Notes: generated by a model from the sequence alone, not told the origin. Shown: positions 1 through 14,327, counted from the first letter of the stretch. The stretch is 64,000 bases of DNA from Raillietiella orientalis (GCA_036172245.1 JAYWIR010000020.1:2232001-2296000); one strand, 5' to 3'. Numbers and translations: made by a program.

Positions 1-300
1 CATCCGGGGTTTCTGGCTTCCACCAGAGCCGCACACCCGAAGCCAACCGAGGCCAACGAGATCACCCTGACACGTCCATTTCTTGGAGTCTGGATCCTTC
101 CTCCGGGCAGAATTCGAACCCTCGACGCGCGCCGCCGCGCGTCGCCGACGTGGCCTTCAAAGTGGGGCCTCCCCCCTTCCTCCTGCATCCCGCCATCTCA
201 AGGAACACTGGTGAACACTGGTGGTCCATGAGAGCTCCAATCGAGCATACAGCTCTGTTGGAGCTCGCCGGATCCTGTCAGGGAAAGGAAGTAGGGGATG
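1..300 (-). mobile_element. Decayed L1/Tx1-like LINE 3' fragment (probably continues beyond the window edge)
   Basis: Shares DNA blocks, in the same order, with the element at 55700-56050: ATTCGAACCC(T/A)CGACGC...CGCGCG at ~112 vs ~55760, and AACAC(A)TGGTGG(T/A)CCATGA...GCTCC at ~214 vs ~56001. Minus-strand translation gives a broken C..(M)DHH-VF-LE motif resembling the zf-RVT tail. Boundaries are approximate. Confidence 0.4.
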
Positions 301-3300
301 GGGCCGAAGGAGGCGGAACTCTGGGGAAAGAACATCCCCTTACCCCATCGACATCCTGATAAAAAGCCCGCCGTCGTTCCCAGAGGCTTCTGGAACGGCG
401 AGCCGAGAGGCCATCTACCTCCAGGGCGAATCCAGACGAGGAAATGGAGGGGGAGGCGATCCACGAGATTTTGCGGATCGCTCGGCTGCAGGGAGCCCCT
501 CTCCCGGAAGGACAAGGAGCGGCAGCAAAACCAGGGTTGCCGGCGGGAAGGTCCCGACGGCGGGGTTCGCCAGCGGCGGAGCTCAGCGCCTCCTCCTCGA
601 GCTCCTCGCCGGAGAAAATCCCCCTTTCTGCACGCGCAGCAGCACCGCGAGGGAGGCGTCGGCTGGGTCGTCGCCACGGCAGCGCCTTTCCCCTCATCTG
701 CATCCGGACCATACGTGGGACAGAGACTTCCCTCCCCCCTTTCCCTCCCGAAGAAGAAGAAAAAAAAAAAGTCAGCGCTCCCGGGGAAGGGGGTCAAACG
801 CAGCTCGAGGATTACCGGTAATCCCCGAGACCTCAATCAGCCGCTCGCGACAATGCGGCGGGCGGCTGGCGGAGTCCCGGCCGTCGCACGAAATCAGGAC
901 AATCTGATGCATTTGTTTTGTTCAAGGATAACTCGATGCTGGAAGGGGGAAGGAAATTAAAACTCCGGGATTAGCTCCCGATGCGGACGGCCGAAGCGCT
1001 AATGTGGGCCTCGCACGAACGAGAGGCTTCCCTCCCCGTCCCTCTCCTTCGAGGGCGACCACGGACTTGGACGCCACCGTCATCTTTCTCACTCTTGCCC
1101 CTGGGGTCTCGCTTGGGAGAAGGATTCCTCGAGGAGGATGCAAGCTCCCCTCTCAGGAGAAAGCCTCCCCGAACCCGACCGGAACGTCAGAAGCTGCCCC
1201 GAGGGGAATGCCCCGCATCCCTGCTGGGGAAGGAGGAAAGGGGGCAGAATTGCACTCGGACCCGTGCTCCTGGATCTGGCGAACGACGGGATTTCTTGGT
1301 TCAGACGCCGTTTCCCGCATCTTTGGCTCTGTCCACACCACCGCGGGTTCTTTGCTCCTTCGGGAGTCGCAGAAACTGCTCCTGAGTACGGGGCCTTTGG
1401 GGCAGCAGTTGGCTGCTCCGTCTGGCTACAAAGAGAACTCGATGAACGGTTGCTACAGCGGGGGCAGCGTTTTCTTCCTGGAGCTCTTCTCCCATCTTCT
1501 GCGAAAGACATCCGTGGCTGCAAGAAAAAAAAGAAAGGAAGAAATGGAAAAAATTTCGTTCCCTCCCGGCGCAGCGCGCCCTCTCAGGACAGCCCCGTTC
1601 GGCTCACCCGCTGCTGCCCGTGCCTTCGAACGGGAACCGTTTTCCCTCCCGAAATTACGAAACAGGCTTTCCGCCGAATTTTAATAATTGGGACACTTTT
1701 TTTTCTTCCCTTGCCTGGTTCAGGGGCCATCCATCTATCTGTTGCTTCCCCTTTTCCCGGCAAAGGACTCGTTATGAATACGTCAACCGATATAAATAGC
1801 CGGCCGCGTGAACAAAGAAAACGCTGCTGATGGAGGGAAGCGGACGTTTAAAAAATGAAGCGCATTTTGCGCTTCATAACAACTTTAATAACAACAAACA
1901 AAAAAACATCTGTGTCCATTTATAACCTTTTTTTTACTATGGCAAAGATTACTGGAAACATTCACAAACAGTTCCCGGCTTAAAAACACGGTGGCGAGAA
2001 AAAAAAAAAAGGAAAGCAGGAAGAAGAAGAAGGGGGGAAAAAGTAGCAAAGAGCTTCAGATGTGGCAGGCGCAGCGGAGTATTGGAAAACAGGGAGGGGG
2101 GGGGGGAAGGAGGAAAAAGGAAAACACCAAAGTGCCATCTCGTCTTTCCTGCTGCTGCTGCTGCTCCTCCTTTCTCAGGCCTTCCTCGTGGAGATGCGCG
2201 CAAACGGAGAGGGCGTCCGGAGGTTGCTGGGACGAGTTCGTTCCGCGAGGGGTCGGGAAAGGAAGGGAAGGCGCCGGCGGAGCCGCCACAGCTTCCGCGT
2301 CCTCCCATCTCCAGCGGCGTCGAAGAACCGCGCTCGAAGACGGCGTCGATCGGCGGCTTCCGTTCCCTCGCCGACTTCCTCCTTCATGATGAAACAGGAA
2401 CTCGCCGCCATCCTCACAAGGGTGCGGAGGACGCCCTCCAGTCCCCCCAATTTTATTTTTTTTTTCGTATGTATATACATCCGTTTTCCTTTTCTTTCTC
2501 AGTGGCAGGACGCTTGGTCCTGCCACTGACATCTGTGTTTATTTTCTATGAATAAACGCTCCGGCCGCGCAAACGGGCGTCGACCTTCTTCCTGGTTTTT
2601 CCTAGGTCCGGTCCTCCGGCTGAAGGCCCGCGGCCGCCTGTCTTCGTCCGACAAGAGGGGGAGGATCCCGCCTGCGCCGCCCATTCTCAGTCTTTGATCC
2701 CGCGGCACCTCAAGACATTTCCCGTGATGCTGCAAGGTCGAGCAGACCCGCACCCGAGGCACCACGCGCGACACTCGCCTGTTAGCTGTCCCGCGTGACA
2801 GATCACGCTGACCCGAATCGGAAAGTACCGCGGTGACGCAGCAGCACCCTCGCCGTTGCCTTCCGTGCGACCCTTTTGTTCCAGGACTCGACCCTGCGGC
2901 CGCGAGCGGTCCCGCTCAAAAAAGGGACGTCCGTGCAACCCGGCGCGAAGAGTTTCCCATCTCGCTTGCAAATTATCGATCTCATTCCGGTTCCGTTCCA
3001 GAGACTCCACATGAAAATCGCGTTCATCAATCTCCACCTTATTAACGTCTGCTCGCGGCTCTGTGCGCGGCATCGATTCTGCGTATCCGCCTACGTGCCA
3101 TCCTCCCCTGGTTCGCCTTCCGTTCGCATGGCGGCGGCGGCGGTGCCTTCCAAAATCCTCCCCACCAGGGCTCCCTTCCGGCCGGAGATCTGGTTCGGAC
3201 TCATCCCGTTGTCCCGGATGAGGATTCCGGTTCGGCGGGAGCAGCGGACGGCGGTCTGCCGGCTCCGCGCCTGCGGACGAACGGTGGCAGAGGCATCTGA

Positions 3301-6300
3301 CGGCATTCCGGGAAAACACCTTCCTTCGCGTGCGTTTTTTGTTGTTGTTTTTTTAGAATCCGGAGCTACGAAATAAAGATACCGAATTCTAATCTGCGTT
3401 CATAACTGGAACGGAAGACATACTGTGATAGCTGTCTAAGGAAGACCGGTAGCGCTCGTTTCGTTTGCATCACAATGCGCTGTCGACCAGGGGCTCGAGC
3501 ATAATAAAAAAGTTATGAATCAATTACGATTTCATTTTCTCCTGGGCCGTTTTCTTTTTCGAAGAAGCTCATGATTTAGAACTCAGCCCGACTCAAAGGG
3601 TATAAACGTACCGTTACAGCACGGCTGTTTTTGTTCCTTCCACGGATCAAAGTGACGGGCTGGCCTGAGACCAGTCCGGGTAAGACGTCCCGTCTTGCTC
3701 CTTCGTGTTGTGTGTTTTCACGTTTCTATCTGTTCTCTTTTAACAAAGCGCTCTTTAACGAGTTTCCTCTGAACGATTTTTTTTCCTTTTTCCTTTTTTT
3801 CCTTTTCATTGACAGCACGAAGTTATTTTCTTATTGTTCACGCGAATGGACCAGCAGCATTCCCCTTCCTATATATCTCCAATCGATATGCTATCTTAAC
3901 AAGGAGGGAAGAGTGGAGAGAGAGAGAGGGGGGGGGGAGGGAAGGAAGAAAGAAGGAAAGGAAGGAAGAAAAATCTTCGTTGCTGAGCCTGGAGGGAAGG
4001 AGGCTGCGATTCGGTAGGCAGTTTCGAACCCCTTGGAACCAGCAGTAGGGACGGGTGGGCCCGCCGGCGTTTGTCGCTACGAAGGAACCTGGAAGCGAAG
4101 GACGCCCGACCTCTCCGCAAAACTCCCCGGATCCAGCGGGAACGAGCGGCTCATGCGACCACGAAATCGCTCATCCCCGCGTTCACGAACCGGGCGGAGC
4201 TGAGCTGCCCAACTCGGCAGGCGAAGAACGAAAAAACCAACCAACCCGCCACCTTCGAAGCGGCCAGTTCCCTCTTCTATGAGGCTCCCCTCCTCCGTGC
4301 CTTTTCGCGTTCCCCTTCCTTCCCCCTTTGTTTCACGGTCGCACTCCGAGCTCTCGAAGCACTTTTTTGCGGAAGCCCTACGCTAATTTGTTAGGAAAAT
4401 CGCTTTCTCGTCGGTGGCCCTCACCGCTTTCAGCCTATTCCAAAAGTAGTAAAACTTTCTAATGGAATTGATTGCGGCTGTGGTGCAGATTTTTTGGAAA
4501 ATCTTCGAGAATGCTACAGCTCGAGGGACCTGCAGATTTTCTTCTTCTTTCCCTCTCCCTCCCCCCTCCCCTACTTTCCTGGAGGTTATCTGCCCTGTTT
4601 GAGAAAGGAAAGAACCTTCCCTGCTCCTCTTCGGAAACTGCCATGCAACTGTAGTAATTCCTGAACTGCCCTCCCTTTTTCGGTCTGCAAGCTTTGCTAG
4701 TTGGACTCTGCTCCCGATTTTGCGCGATCCCTCTCGTCCCGATACAAACTCATCAGGGGAAAGCCCTGGGCACGTTTAATCCGTTAGCAGCAGGTAACGG
4801 GCATCCTGCAAACGGAGCATCCCTCGCGTAGCTCTTCATGCAACCACAGGAAATTCTGATCGAGGGCTTCCGCTTCCTACAGCAAGCTTCCTGACAAACT
4901 CGATGGTGTCTCCGGCTTCGATTTCGGAATGGAAGTTGCCACGCTGCCATCTCAGTCAAGCAGCTTGGGAAAATCCGTCCGCTGAAGATATGCGGCTAGT
5001 GAACCTTCTTCTCTCCAGACGAGAAGATCTTCACTTCTTGTTTCCTCCGGAGAGACCTGTCTTTGGTCAGTTCGTACGCCTGCGGTTCTCGCTTTGACGA
5101 GTGCCATCAGTTTTCCAAAGCGGGATCGGGAACCGACCGTGTTCTTGACCAAAGTACGAAAATGGCCAGGCAGAGTTAACTAAACAGTCAGAGTTCCCTT
5201 TGCCGACCTTCAAAGGAAAATCCACTTCATCATCAGGTTTGTGGGAACCTACTCGATTCGGGTCTCTGTTTGTCCAAAAGTTTCAATCCTCGCAGAAGGA
5301 AAGGTATGCCGATGTCAGCTACAAAAGAATTGCAGCCGAGGACGGCGAATAGAATGCCATTCTGTCATTATTCTCTTCAGACGTTCTGTTCCGCTGGAGG
5401 GAATCCTCTCAGAATTCAGCCGTCATCAACAACTTCGAGACATCGAAGCTCCTTCCTGATTCGATCTTATTCGGGAGCATCTTCCTACGTGAACGGTGCA
5501 GTCACCCTCTCCAGACAGATCGGGTTCCAATCAGGAGATTTTATTCAGTTAGAGTGACCACTTCTAAGTGCATCCCAACTCCGTAGTCCACCCACCCTTC
5601 CCCCCCTCCAAAAAAAAGTTGGGGCTCGCAAACGTTGAGAACTCGGATTTCGAGCGAACCCTTTCGCTTTCAACATTGCATGTTTACGTCCCAAAATAAG
5701 CAAAAGTAACGTTTGTCTCGGTAACAGAACGATGGTTCCCTAGCTGATGAGTTTCTCCCGAGTCCATCCTCCTTCCTATTCCATTCCTGGTCCTGAAATC
5801 CCAGCATTTGAAAGCCGGCTAGATACGATGCGCCTTCTAAATTCGTTCTTCGAAACACCATTTAGATTGTCTCTTCAGTTCAGACCGGAAAGCAACACAG
5901 AGGTCGAGACAATGAGTCGGATGAAACTCAAAAGATGGAAACCAAGCACTTTGCACTTCGCAAATAAAGATTAGAATTGCCTGAGTTTTCATCCTTTGAG
6001 ATCTGGCATTCTCCACGATGATTCTGGAGGCAGTCTGTTGAGATGGAAGAAACAGAAAAAGAAAAAAATTATTAAAGAGAACGAAGGAACACAAAGCCTT
6101 CCCCCCCCCCTCTCTCCTTCTGAAGCCAAGGAGACATGCATTGCACTCGGATGCAGAGAAAATAAATAATTAGATGATGAACAAGAGGGAGCGCTTCATC
6201 TTAGCAACGGTCGCACCTCTCAACTAGGAGTGGTAAGATAACCTTTAGCGATGAAACGTAGACCCAATTTTTCAGAGGCTTCTCACAGTAGAAAAAGGAA

Positions 6301-9300
6301 GTCCCGTGACGATGTTTGTTTTCGAAGCAGGCACCTCGCCAAAAGTGGAAGCTGAGAAATTTGGAAAAGGATGGTGTTCCCATTGACTCATGGACCGTGG
6401 CGGCAGCCCAGGACACGCAGGTTTGAAGACGTCCTGGCTGTGTCTGCGTGTCAAAAAGGGGAACGGCGTCGCGTGCGTTCATAAACACAAAATAATAACG
6501 ACAGAGGAGAGTTGAACTTCACTATGCAATGTCTTGAAAGTCTGCAGTGTGTTGAAATGCTGAGGAAAAATGGTGAAGAACGAAAAACATAAATAGGAAG
6601 GCAAAGAAGCGAAGAAATAAGGAGAAGCGAAGAAGACCTCATAATTATTCTCTTCCGATGAACGCGAAAGCACTGGAAGATTTTGCATTGCTCAGCACAA
6701 GGGCGGAAGAAACTGGAACCCAGCAATGTGTTCGAACTAAAATCATTAGCGGTACAGCGCAGTGAGACAGAAGAAATCATGACAGATCGTCCTCGCGTGT
6801 ATCCTTGCCTGGTCACCATCCGCTGAAGCTGGATACGTTTTGCAAGGAGATCCATTTCAATTCTCCGCGATGCATCTCCATTCGCAAACTCAAATCACAT
6901 CCAAGTGGAAGCAGGGAATCTCGATCCTCTTATCATTATATCTAATTTTTCCGTGGCACTTGGAAGCTTCGCCACCCTAAGCAGGCTCAGCAACCACAGA
7001 AAATCATTAAAGGAGGATAACGGTCGAGCAGCTGTTTCCTCGGAGGCTTGCAGTTCTTGCGGCTGCTGTGAACGCTTCTCTAGAGATTGCAGTAACCGAA
7101 AATTATTCCGGTGCCCCATGTGCTTTGCATTTCTTGGAGGAAAAAAAAAAAAAAAAAACGAAATACTTCGATGCATCTTGCAGATGGAATCCTCACTCCT
7201 TCTACGCAGTAATCTCAGTTGATTGCTTATTTACAAGTAGGCATTTCATTAAAAAGCTGAGATCTATACAAACGCTATTTGTCCAAGAGGAACGATGCTG
7301 CTTTATATGAACCTGGAGGCGGTTGCTAAGCAATCCTCCTGCTTTGAAACTCATGAATTCATAAAAGAGATGCATTTGGGAGATTCGAATACCACGCATT
7401 AAATAGCAGGACAGTAATGGAATATGGAATCTGATTGCAAGAGAATATTTCAAAAGGATTCAGTTTGTACACTGATTGAGTTCTCACGAATTTTCAGTAT
7501 TTTTTTCTCAGCTTCATATCTACTCACTGCCACGAGAGGACAACGAGGCTTGTGGAACATGTATGAGTTTCGCAAACGAAGATGTGGTAAATGCAAACAA
7601 GAGCAGAACGAGGAATAGAGAAAGCTCATCCACGCCGAGAATTCTTTGGAGTCTCACAACTCTAACCTGAAGACCGCGGGATTCTGGAACGCACGCTGCG
7701 TGGGTATCTCAACCCGACGGAGGTACGTTTTCAGAAGAACGCAGTGCTGCGATCAAACAAATGCATAAGAACCAACTGGCTGGAAAAGAACTTCTGTGGA
7801 AGTGGAGAAACTGAGTGCTCGATAATTACCAAACTTTATCAGCTGTTGGCGCCATGCCGATCGTTCGTTATGGTTATGCTTGAGTGTGCGATTATTTGGA
7901 AGAAGGAGAAGAATAAAAAAAAAAACATATCACACAGGATACAGAAGCCATATTTTGGTGATTATAGGAATGTTAGCAGAGACAGATGTAGTCAGGGAGG
8001 AGGCACGTGAATTCTTTCCCGTTGGTTTTCGCTTCGGTTTTCGATTCTTCGCAACTGTTTCCCTGATTCCTTCATTAGCTGGAGACGGGACCGTGCTTTT
8101 TGAAGAAACCATCACGAGAAAAGAACGTACCTTGCAGCATTCAGGAGACGACTTCAAGACCAGAATGGTACTTTAGGAAAACGAGTTTGTTGAGACGAAT
8201 ACGTAGGCGGGGAGAAGGGGGGGGGAGTGGAAAGAAAAGTAATCGATAGTAATTATGGGATTTGTATTTAGTAGTCCAAAACATCCTTCTCAGCTGTTCT
8301 ACACAGTCGTATTGAAATCTAGCAAGCAGCGTATGATTTACTCTTTTTCATCTTAAATTCTAGTTTCTTCCTTTTTCTTGGAACAGAACTAAAGACTTTC
8401 GATGCTCAAAGTGAACATAGGAATGCGTCAAAAGCATTTTAAAATGATTTTATGTAGCCTCCTTTTCCGTAATCTTGATGCAGAAGTAGTTCACAATAAA
8501 AAGTAACAAACATTCATATCCACTAGATCCACAAGTAGATTCAAGCTGAGCTTTGAAACGTCTACCATCTGGAAGCAGTCGTTTCACTTAGTCCACGAGA
8601 CTCTTTTCTACCTTCAGAAGTGCATGAAACGAAGCACAACTTCAGGCCGAAAACTGCTATTCTTATATCGGTGGAAATGTAATGTGATGCTTTTGCCGAT
8701 TAAATCTTATAAAATTGCTCAGTTCTATAATCGACGCATGCAAAGCTGTATTGAGGAAATGGATACTTGCAATCTAAGAAACTCTTTGTCAATGAAGTAC
8801 AGAATATGAAAAAGTAAATCAAAAAATCAAACAGTAAGCCTCTAAGTTTTGTCAATAATTCCTCCAGCCCGCATGCGAAACCACGGTCTGCACGGTTTAA
8901 TCTAATGTGATCATGAAGTCTGGGGTTTCAAATGACTTCTGATGAGGCTTTATTGGACCAGCCAGGCATGACTAGACGTGTGATTCTGCTCATTCGTTGA
9001 TCCTCGTTGTCATATGGGGAAGCAATGCGGTCCTCGTTCAGTATGGAAGGCAGTACATTAAATAGTTCTAATTAAAGTATTCTTTGTTCAAGAATTCAAT
9101 TTAAGATTTAGGGCAATCTTTTATCTCATGTGCGTATTAAAATAGAAAGATTCCCCTACGTATGCTCTTCCTCACCCTGGTGTTGACCGATTACACACAG
9201 ATTCGTATGTCGACACGCAGGATGGCTTCTCTAAAAATTCGTAGATCACAAAATAGCGATTCATGGGATTAAAGTAGATTGTCAGATGGATGATGGTAGG

Positions 9301-9939
9301 CTTTCTCAAATAAACCCGCTGATGAGAACAAACAATAAATTTACGAGGAATGTAGACTTGCAATTTAAGAGTTCGTCATTTATTACAGTTTTTGCTTCTT
9401 GATTGTGCACAAAAGGTTGAAAATAAATAGAAACATCCATTTGCATTTTCATAATACAAGACATCCATTATTCATGTATGTTTTTAGAATTTGAAATTTC
9501 TTTTATGTTCTATGTAGCGTTTCTCTTTCTGTTTGGATGGCAATCACTTATCAATAATATTAATAATCCTAGAACTTTAACAAACTCAACATTACTGTTA
9601 AGAAAATATGAAACTGCTGATTACTTTGAAAAATAAAAATAAAAAATAGAAACACTTGGAACTCATTTGCTTTCGAAACGATTGCTTACATCGTCAGAGA
9701 TTGCACAGTTGCCTTTTACGACTCACAGCTACTAGTAGGACGAGGTAATCGTAAAAGGTATGACCAATGCTTTTGTAATACTGTTTGGAATTAGCTACTC
9801 CGTCTTTACACTCAAAGAAAAAAATTACAGCAACTGTCCCTTATGATGTTCTTTTATTTCAAATATAAAGATATTAAGGTATTCTTCGCATATGTTTCCC
9901 TTGAGAACATACATGAGTATCATCATATCATGAGATGTG

Positions 9940-10049
9940 CCTCATGGATGTATTGGCTGTAGTAGAACTGCTTGTTTCACATTTATCTAAGTGCCAGTTA
10001 GATAATGTGCTTTGGACTGGTTTATATGTTGCAATCCATTCCCAGATCG
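9940..10049 (+). repeat. Degenerate direct duplicate of coding sequence at 12322-12447
   Basis: CCTCATGGATGTATTGGCTGTAGTAGAA...TTGGACTGGTTTATATGTTGCAATCC is present at both positions. The upstream copy lacks GAA, AAG and a 10-nt block, and the 10-nt loss shifts the frame. Confidence 0.9.
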
Positions 10050-11371
10050 TTAAATCTAAATGTGACTTGCATCCATCTAATTTTTCCTTTGTCTTTTGTT
10101 TATTCTTGAAGGCATTCTTTTTTCTATGAACTCTAGAGTGAGAATCTTGAAAATCCGAAAACTCCAGCAAAGCCGAATTTATTTTGTTGACATTTCATAA
10201 TTTGAAAAAACACTTTACCGAACATTATTATCATACGGAGATTTTAAAGATACGTGCAACTCCCTCAGACTGTAATGATTCTGTTCTTGCTGCCTTGATA
10301 AATAATTGGGGAAGTTTGAAGGTGATGGAATAGCACCGTGATAAACCGCTATTTAATGTGAGATTTTGAAGACATCTGGCATCCCAGCATGCAGCTTGTT
10401 TTGAAGTGGAATCTGCAGAACTTTTCAGGAGCAAAACGTGGTAGTCGAGTCCGTAGCATTTGCTGACTTCTTTAAAGTGACTTGGAAGCGACATGTGTGA
10501 GATGCTGGAGTATTATCGTCGTCTGGAAACGAAACTTTGGACCCTTAACATTTCCCCCGAAAAGGAAAACATAGTATCTTTAATTGTCAACGAGATGAAG
10601 AGTGATGGTCACATCAATAAAGAAATTTGCACACTTCTAGATTCCGCAAATGTATGTTGATTTACATTTATTGGTAATAAATTGGCATTTGGGAACGTGA
10701 ATGACTGGTTTTCATTTTTTTCTAAAACCGAAAAATGACTTTTAAAGATAACGAGAACCTCAACTCGTAAGACTGTTGTAATGTAGCTGATTCCAAGGTT
10801 TTGTCAATTCTTTTGGAAGAAATTATTGGTTTGATGTTTATTTTAATTTCCTTCTTTATTTAGATTGAATTAATTATCCTGCCGCGTCCGAATCAACACC
10901 ATTCAGATAATATAATTTGGCAGCTTCTGCTGAAGCACACTTTTGAAATAATTTTTAAAAATAACTCCATAAAAAATTAACATCATTATCCCCAAGATAA
11001 ATTTTATTTGGCAGATCAGATCACCTCTTAACTAATCTGTTACCCCTAAGTTCATTTTTCATTATCAGCTTCAAATATTTCCACCTTGAGACACCTTACT
11101 TTCACATCTAAAGTGACTAAAAACCTATAGTTCAAAACCTGTTTATTTCCTAAATTTCTTGTAGATGGTGCACAAGAGTATTTCCTCAAACAAAATAAAA
11201 CAGTTGTACAATTTTGGCAGCTAACAAAATAACCAATTCTTATGATAGTGTAATCAAGATCTGTTGGCGTTTTTAACAGTTTTGTACAGACTTCCTAAGA
11301 ACATATTAGTTTGCTGGCACATTGCATGATTGATGAAGTGTTTAGAAATATTAATGCACTTTGTTATGCAG

Positions 11372-14327
11372 GATTTGTCAGAACTATGTGAAGGCGCACC
11401 AACCCCAAATGTCATGATTGCATGTTTTTTTTTTGCTGCCAGTGAAGTAAGTCAATTGCAATCCAGTTAAAGTATCTAGTTTTGCATGTTGAACTAATTA
11501 GCTTGGAATGAAAGAGGAACAGAGAAGTCAAATGGATAAGTTTCTTAGTTATCTGGAGAAGAAAGTTGTGGCAAAAAATGTAGCATTGGAATTATGTAGT
11601 TGCATTTCATGGATCTTTGTACAAACCACATTATACTATCATGTGAGTATTTTACAAATCGAACATTTCATATTTCCATAGGAACTATCACATATGCACC
11701 TGGATTTTTATTTGTATTCAGCACTGAATCAAATTCATCCTGTTTTAAGTGCAGCATGCTTCATCATCTTAGATTCCATTCTTAGTACTAAGTCTGCCCT
11801 AGTCAGGTTTGCAATCTTTACATTGGTGATTCATTTGATAGGGCATCTGCTTGCAGTGACTATCTGACATTACACTTCAACAATGTTATTCCAAGTTGTG
11901 TGCTTCTTGTAATGGAGACTCTTGCATCTCTATGTGAGGATGACTTGGTACTCTTGGCTGATAAAGTGAGCTGGCTTAGGATTCAGAACTGATGCAAAAT
12001 TTAGGGATCTGTTCTTTTACAAAGAATATTGTCATGCTCTGCAAGAGGGTCTATGCAGTCCAAATGGCTATGCATCCTCCTTTTGAGGAAGATTAGCAAG
12101 AGCTGTTGGCCTTCCTTTGATGAGCGCAATAAGTTGCCTATGAAATATTTGCGGGATATAACGTGGTCTCAGCTGACCCATGCTACTTGTGCCTTGTTTT
12201 GCTATCTGTTTTACTTGGATTTGGTGAAGGCGTCAGATACTCAAAGTTCCCATGTTAATCTAAATGGATTAGATACTATCATCAAATTGGGATCACTTTT
12301 TCACTCTTTGGATTCTCCACACCTCATGGATGTATTGGCTGTAGTAGAAGAACTGCTTGTGTCACATTTATCTAAGAAGTGCCAGTTAGATAATGTATAT
12401 ATTCGTGCGTTGGACTGGTTTATATGTTGCAATCCGTTCCCGGAGCGATCTTTGAAATTGGGTACTGCATTAAGTCAAGCAGGCAAAACACTGCAGGAAA
12501 AATGGATGTGTGGCCACATGTCTTTGAATATTGTTGGACAACATCAGTACTGCCATTTACCATGTGAGTGTATGAGTAATGATCAAAATTATGGAATCTG
12601 GTTAAAGCTTTTCAAGAATTCCTGTCTTCACTGGCTTCTAGTCATCCTGTTACAGATGTGAGAGATCGCTCTGCACTCATGCTTCATGGTAGCTTAGGTC
12701 TTCGGCTGCAGAGAGAAACTTCAGTGCCTGCTTGGAAAAATTTTTTACCATTCCTTCATGTAATTCATGTCCCAGATTTCCTTTCTTTCCATTTGCAAGA
12801 TGCTGCACAAATGTCTCCAGCCGAAATTTCTGGTAGCTCCCTGCAGCAGACATGGAATTGCTCACTTCACGTACACCCCAAAAACTGGTCTATACTTCCT
12901 TCTAAGCTATATGGTTGGTATTTTCTAATTCTCAGTTTTGTGAAACAAACTGGTATACATGGAGATAATGGTGATGAATCACATATGATACGATAACTTT
13001 TCCTTGCATTTTAGTGTCCCTCTAATTTCCATGTTTTCATGTACAGCAAACTCACTATGTTTGCTGAATCATCTTATTACAACTTAGGTCTGATCAGTAC
13101 TATACATAAGTCATGTAGCTTGCGAGTATTTTTGTCATTACGAAAGTTTGTTTTTGATTTATTGATTGGCTTTTTCCTCTAGTAGTTTTCATGATACATG
13201 TTCAAGCATCTGTAAAAAACGTTCTTGCAATGATTGTACAGTGTGGGATTTATCATTTTTGTTTGCATGTGGACTGTAAGCTTTACTTTGTTGTGAAGAT
13301 AATGACAGACAAGGTGTGCTTTTTACATAATTGATTGCATTTTTTTAAATAATCAGTGGAACTCTGTTCATCAACCAACATGCTGGGAACAAATAAATCG
13401 AAGCAACTGTTTGAAAGAGTTGCTATATTGAAAAAAAAAAGAAGTTAATGGAAGATTATAAAAATTCTCAGGATTAAGTGGACAGATCCCCGAAATTCTA
13501 ATTCATTTACTTATAAATTACTGAAAAATGCCAACTTTGGGTGTACACAACGTTCAAGTTCTGTTTGCAAATAAGGCAGTCACTTGGAAATGTTCTCACA
13601 TGAATAAATGTCATTTTATGTGGTGTAACAGTAAAATACGGTTACTGTGAATTGAAAAATATTTTGTAGGTGTGGTTCTTACTTTGCAACCAAAACATGA
13701 CAGTCTTGTGATACCAAATGTATTTGTTCCCTTTTTGGATAAGCATGTTTCTTATTATCCTTTGAGGGTGCATTTTGAATTACAGCATCCTCTGCAAACT
13801 ACAGTTCAGATCTAGTAAGGATAACTCCAGTGAAAGAAAAAGATCTTTATTTCTAGAAGTGCCAACTTCTCAGATTCTGAAGGGCATTCATATAAAAGCC
13901 AACTTCCATCTTTGCAGTTATCATCTTGTCACTTGTGTGCATCTTGTGCTTTTCAAGGTACTTAAAAACTGTATTGCTCACTTATTAAATCTGAATTATG
14001 CATGGAATCTTAGAAAAACACTCATGGATTCAGTACTGGAAACAACTAGAGGTATCCCATGTTGTTACTCTTCATCTCCAGCCCAATCAGCTGATGGAGC
14101 ATTTGCAGAAACAGTGGAATCATTGTCTGATGTTATGGTCAGATGATGTAGAAGTTTTGTACTTAGCATTTCAGTTGCCTCCACATTTGCAAGTTCTAGC
14201 TAAAATCAAATTACTGCCAACACGTTGTGTTTTTAACTTTCGTCTTGATGATGATAGATTTTTGCCCCTTATTAATGATATTATCCTTGAAATGGAAAAT
14301 AGTTTTTTAAAAAGTGATCAGCATTAA
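11372..14327 (+). CDS. Unidentified multi-exon gene encoding a Leu/Cys-rich, probably alpha-helical protein; 5' end not defined
   Basis: Phase-compatible GT-AG exons 11372-11446, 11502-11642, 11682-11806, 11842-11965 and 12005-~12563 join into one open frame (DLSELCEG...LGMKEEQ...ELSHMHL...ASACSDY...GSVLLQRIL...). Each intron removes an in-frame stop or a frameshift. A last exon 14175-14327 (LPPHLQV...KSDQH*) follows a 37-nt intron. Exons at 12.6-14.1 kb are only partly resolved. Confidence 0.65.

Noticed and set aside
100..135. tRNA T-loop-like GGTTCGAAT on the minus strand (also near 55765)
   Set aside because: No cloverleaf or A box. It is part of the LINE-like repeat.
150..3400. Many overlapping 100-230 aa ORFs on both strands
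   Set aside because: GC-rich, low-complexity Arg/Pro/Ser/Gly translations crossing poly-A/T runs, with no recognisable domain. A strong minus-strand acceptor near 1520 could not be tied to a gene.
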